From NCBI GenBank assembly GCA_963695025.1, contig CAVOFQ010000003.1:1437538-1501537 (forward strand): a stretch of 64,000 bases of DNA, given 5' to 3'. A program made the position numbers and the translations under genes. This stretch comes from an uncultured Actinomycetes bacterium (GTDB lineage: Bacteria; Actinomycetota; Thermoleophilia; Gaiellales; JAICJC01). The notes under the pieces are model-generated. The model had not been told where the DNA came from and ran no database searches. It saw nothing but the letters and a program-made list of their open reading frames with translations. Below are positions 61,642-64,000 of this stretch, one piece after another; positions within the stretch are counted from its first letter, which is position 1, and every line of letters starts with the position of its first letter.

Positions 61642-63995
61642 GCCCGCAGCTCGCCCCCGACCTGCGCGGAGAGCGCGGCCACGACGCGCGCGCGCAGGGC
61701 GTCGGCTTCGGCATCGGTGAGTGTGCGATCGGCCGCCTGGAACACGAGATGCAGGGCGAGGCTCTTGCGCCCCTCCCCCACCTGCGGCCCGCGGTAGACA
61801 TCGAACACCTCGACCGCGGCGAGCTCGGCGCCGGCGGCCTCGCGCACCACGGCCACGATCGTGCCCGCGGGCACGTCCTCGGCGACGACCACCGCGATGT
61901 CCTGCCGCAGCGGCGGGAAGCTGATCACGTCGCGGTAGAGCACCTCCTCGGGCGGACGCCCCTGCAGCCCCTCGAGTCCGAGCTCGAACACGGCAACGAC
62001 GCCCTCGAGGCCGAACGCCTCGGCCACGAGCGGGTGCAGCTCGCCCACGAACCCGTCGGCGAACGCGGCGGCCCGGCCGGGATGCAGGAACGGCTCATCC
62101 GCCGGCGAGAACTCCGGCGGCTCGATGCGGGCGGCCGCCACCAGCGTCTCGACCACGCCCTTGGCGGCGAAGAAGCCCGCCCCGGCACCGGCCAGCACCC
62201 CCGCCACCCGCGCCGGCTGCTCGGGGAGCTTGCCGTCGCCGCGCAGGAAGACATGGCCGATCTCGAACAGGTCGACGCGGGGCTGCGACATCGCCAGGTT
62301 GCGGCGGGCGGAGTGCAGGAGCCCGGGGAACACGAGCGTGCGCATCGCCGTCCACTCCGCGCTCATCGGGTTTTGGAGCTCGACCAGCCTGCGCCGGTGG
62401 TCGTCGGGGCCGAGCCGCAGCCGGTCGGGGACGCCCTTGTCCCAGAGCGTCAGCGTCGCCGCCTCCGACATGCCGGCGCCCCGCAGGGCGTCGGCAACCA
62501 TGCGCCGCAGCCTCTCCTCGCCGCTCAGCCGGCCGCCCGTCGGCGCCCCGCCGGGCATCGCGATCGGCACCCGCTCGAGGTCGTACACCCGCGCGACCTC
62601 CTCGATCAGGTCGATCTCGCGGGTCGTGTCGGCGGCGCGCCATGTCGGCACGCGCCAGCCCCCGTCCGCGGGCTCGTACCCGAGCCGGGTGAGCGCCCGG
62701 TCGATCTCGGCGTCGGTGTAGGCGACCCCGATCGTCTCCTCGAGCCGGCGCCTGCGCAGGGGCACGACCGGCGGCTCGGGCAGGTCGCCGTGCAGGTCGA
62801 TCGTGCCCGGCACCAGCTTGGCGCCGGCCAGCTCGACCATCAGCTGCGAGGCCAGCCGGAGCGCGATCGGCGGCAGATGCGGATCGAGGCCCTTCTCCCA
62901 CCGGCTCGACCCCTCGGTGCGAAGGCCAAGCCGCGTCGACGCGTTCTGGATGGACGGCCCGTCGAAGTTCGCGCACTCCATCAGCACGGTCGTGGTCTCG
63001 TCGGTGACCTCGCTCCACTCCGACCCCATCAGACCCGCGATCGCCGAGGGCCGCTCGGCATCCGCAATCACCAGCGTCTCGCCGTCGAGCACGCGCTGCT
63101 GGCCGTCGAGTGTGGTCACGGGCTCGCCGGCGGTCGCCCTGCGGACGATGATCTCGCGGCCGGCGACGCGGTCGAGGTCGAACGCGTGGGTCGGCTCGCC
63201 GACGGCCAGCATGACGTAGTTGGTGATGTCGACGACGTTCGAGATCGGGCGCATGCCGGCGGCGGCAATGCGCGCCTTCAACCACGGCGGGGACGGCCCG
63301 ACCTTGACGTCGGTGAACATGCGCGCGGCCCAGCGCGGGCACATCTCGCGGGCGTCGATCCGGGCGCGGACGTGGTCTGTGACCGTGCCGGCGCCGGTCG
63401 CCTCCGGCTCGGTGCCCGGCCAGGGCGCGAGATCGGTGTCGAGCACGGCTGACACCTCGCGGGCGATGCCGTAGACGCTCTGGCAGTCGGGCCGGTTCGA
63501 GGTGATCTCGAACTCGAGCACGTCGTCGGCGATGGCCAGATGCTCGATCAGCGCGTCGCCGACCTGCCAGTCGTCCGGCAGCAGCATGATGCCGGCGTGA
63601 TCCTGGCCCAGCTCGAGCTCGCGCTCCGACAGCATCATGCCGTGCGACTCCGACCCCCGCAGCTTGGCCACCCGCAGCTCGGTGCCGTCGGGGAGCACGG
63701 CGCCGGGCAGCGCCACCGCCACCGTCGCTCCGGCCTCGAAGTTGCTCGCGCCGCAGACGATCTGGCGGGGATCGCCGTCGCCGACATCCACCGTGCACAG
63801 GCTCAGGCGGTCGGCGTTGGGATGCTGCGAACGGGTGAGCACGCGGCCGACGCGGTAGAGCTCCACGTGGGCGGGCACGCCGCGGTGGTGCAGCGCCTCG
63901 AGCTTGGTGCCGGTCATCGACATCCGCTCGCCGAGCTCGCGCAGGGGCATGTCGAAGGTGACGTAGTCACGCAGCCACGAGACGGGCACCCTCAT
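61638..63995 (-). CDS. pheT: Phenylalanine--tRNA ligase beta subunit
   Basis: MRVPVSWL, HPNADRL, IVCGA, TSNRPDC, VDITNYV, FDVYRG, RTLTD. Confidence 0.98.
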   Translation of the reverse strand: MRVPVSWLRDYVTFDMPLRELGERMSMTGTKLEALHHRGVPAHVELYRVGRVLTRSQHPNADRLSLCTVDVGDGDPRQIVCGASNFEAGATVAVALPGAVLPDGTELRVAKLRGSESHGMMLSERELELGQDHAGIMLLPDDWQVGDALIEHLAIADDVLEFEITSNRPDCQSVYGIAREVSAVLDTDLAPWPGTEPEATGAGTVTDHVRARIDAREMCPRWAARMFTDVKVGPSPPWLKARIAAAGMRPISNVVDITNYVMLAVGEPTHAFDLDRVAGREIIVRRATAGEPVTTLDGQQRVLDGETLVIADAERPSAIAGLMGSEWSEVTDETTTVLMECANFDGPSIQNASTRLGLRTEGSSRWEKGLDPHLPPIALRLASQLMVELAGAKLVPGTIDLHGDLPEPPVVPLRRRRLEETIGVAYTDAEIDRALTRLGYEPADGGWRVPTWRAADTTREIDLIEEVARVYDLERVPIAMPGGAPTGGRLSGEERLRRMVADALRGAGMSEAATLTLWDKGVPDRLRLGPDDHRRRLVELQNPMSAEWTAMRTLVFPGLLHSARRNLAMSQPRVDLFEIGHVFLRGDGKLPEQPARVAGVLAGAGAGFFAAKGVVETLVAAARIEPPEFSPADEPFLHPGRAAAFADGFVGELHPLVAEAFGLEGVVAVFELGLEGLQGRPPEEVLYRDVISFPPLRQDIAVVVAEDVPAGTIVAVVREAAGAELAAVEVFDVYRGPQVGEGRKSLALHLVFQAADRTLTDAEADALRARVVAALSAQVGGELRA

Positions 63996-64000
63996 CCGAA

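Noticed and set aside
1-64000. About 20 frameshifts read as pseudogenes, programmed frameshifting or phase variation
   Set aside because: They hit essential genes at random (rny, murT, lpdA, pdhC, miaA), often at G/C runs, with no in-frame stops or slippery motifs. Long-read consensus error is the simplest explanation; confirm by polishing
63992-64000. 3' end of pheS overlapping the pheT start
   Set aside because: Plausible by synteny (TTC GGA TGA), but only nine bases are visible

Overview
This is a very GC-rich actinobacterial chromosome segment. Gene content and a single-motif RsiG point to the Thermoleophilia/Rubrobacteria group, probably Gaiellales-like (inference). About 20 single-base indels, many in essential genes, suggest an unpolished long-read assembly rather than real pseudogenes. 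The window spans the replication terminus: an actinobacterial-type dif site lies at 28305-28332 and gene orientation shifts from mostly + to largely - around it. The left arm carries ftsK, rodZ-like, cinA, recA (with a LexA box), recX, rny, a two-component system, miaB, miaA, dapF, dapL, hflX, dut and murT/gatD. The centre is a c-di-GMP module (group-2 sigma factor, degenerate GGDEF, membrane HD-GYP, long coiled-coil protein, active diguanylate cyclase, rsiG), and most of these genes share a sigma28/WhiG-type promoter motif. The right arm has the pgsA-mpg-FHA-MerR cluster, an accessory patch ending at tRNA-Pro(GGG), an ECF pair, proS, lpdA, pdhABC, an aminopeptidase, a RAPP-ending membrane leader ahead of a CopC-CopD fusion, Nif3 and pheT. 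The best leads are the RsiG/sigma28/c-di-GMP circuit, the candidate copper-sensing RAPP arrest protein, a Ser/Ser DapF, a hidden promoter plus micro-ORF antisense to the HD-GYP leader, and a structured rny leader RNA.
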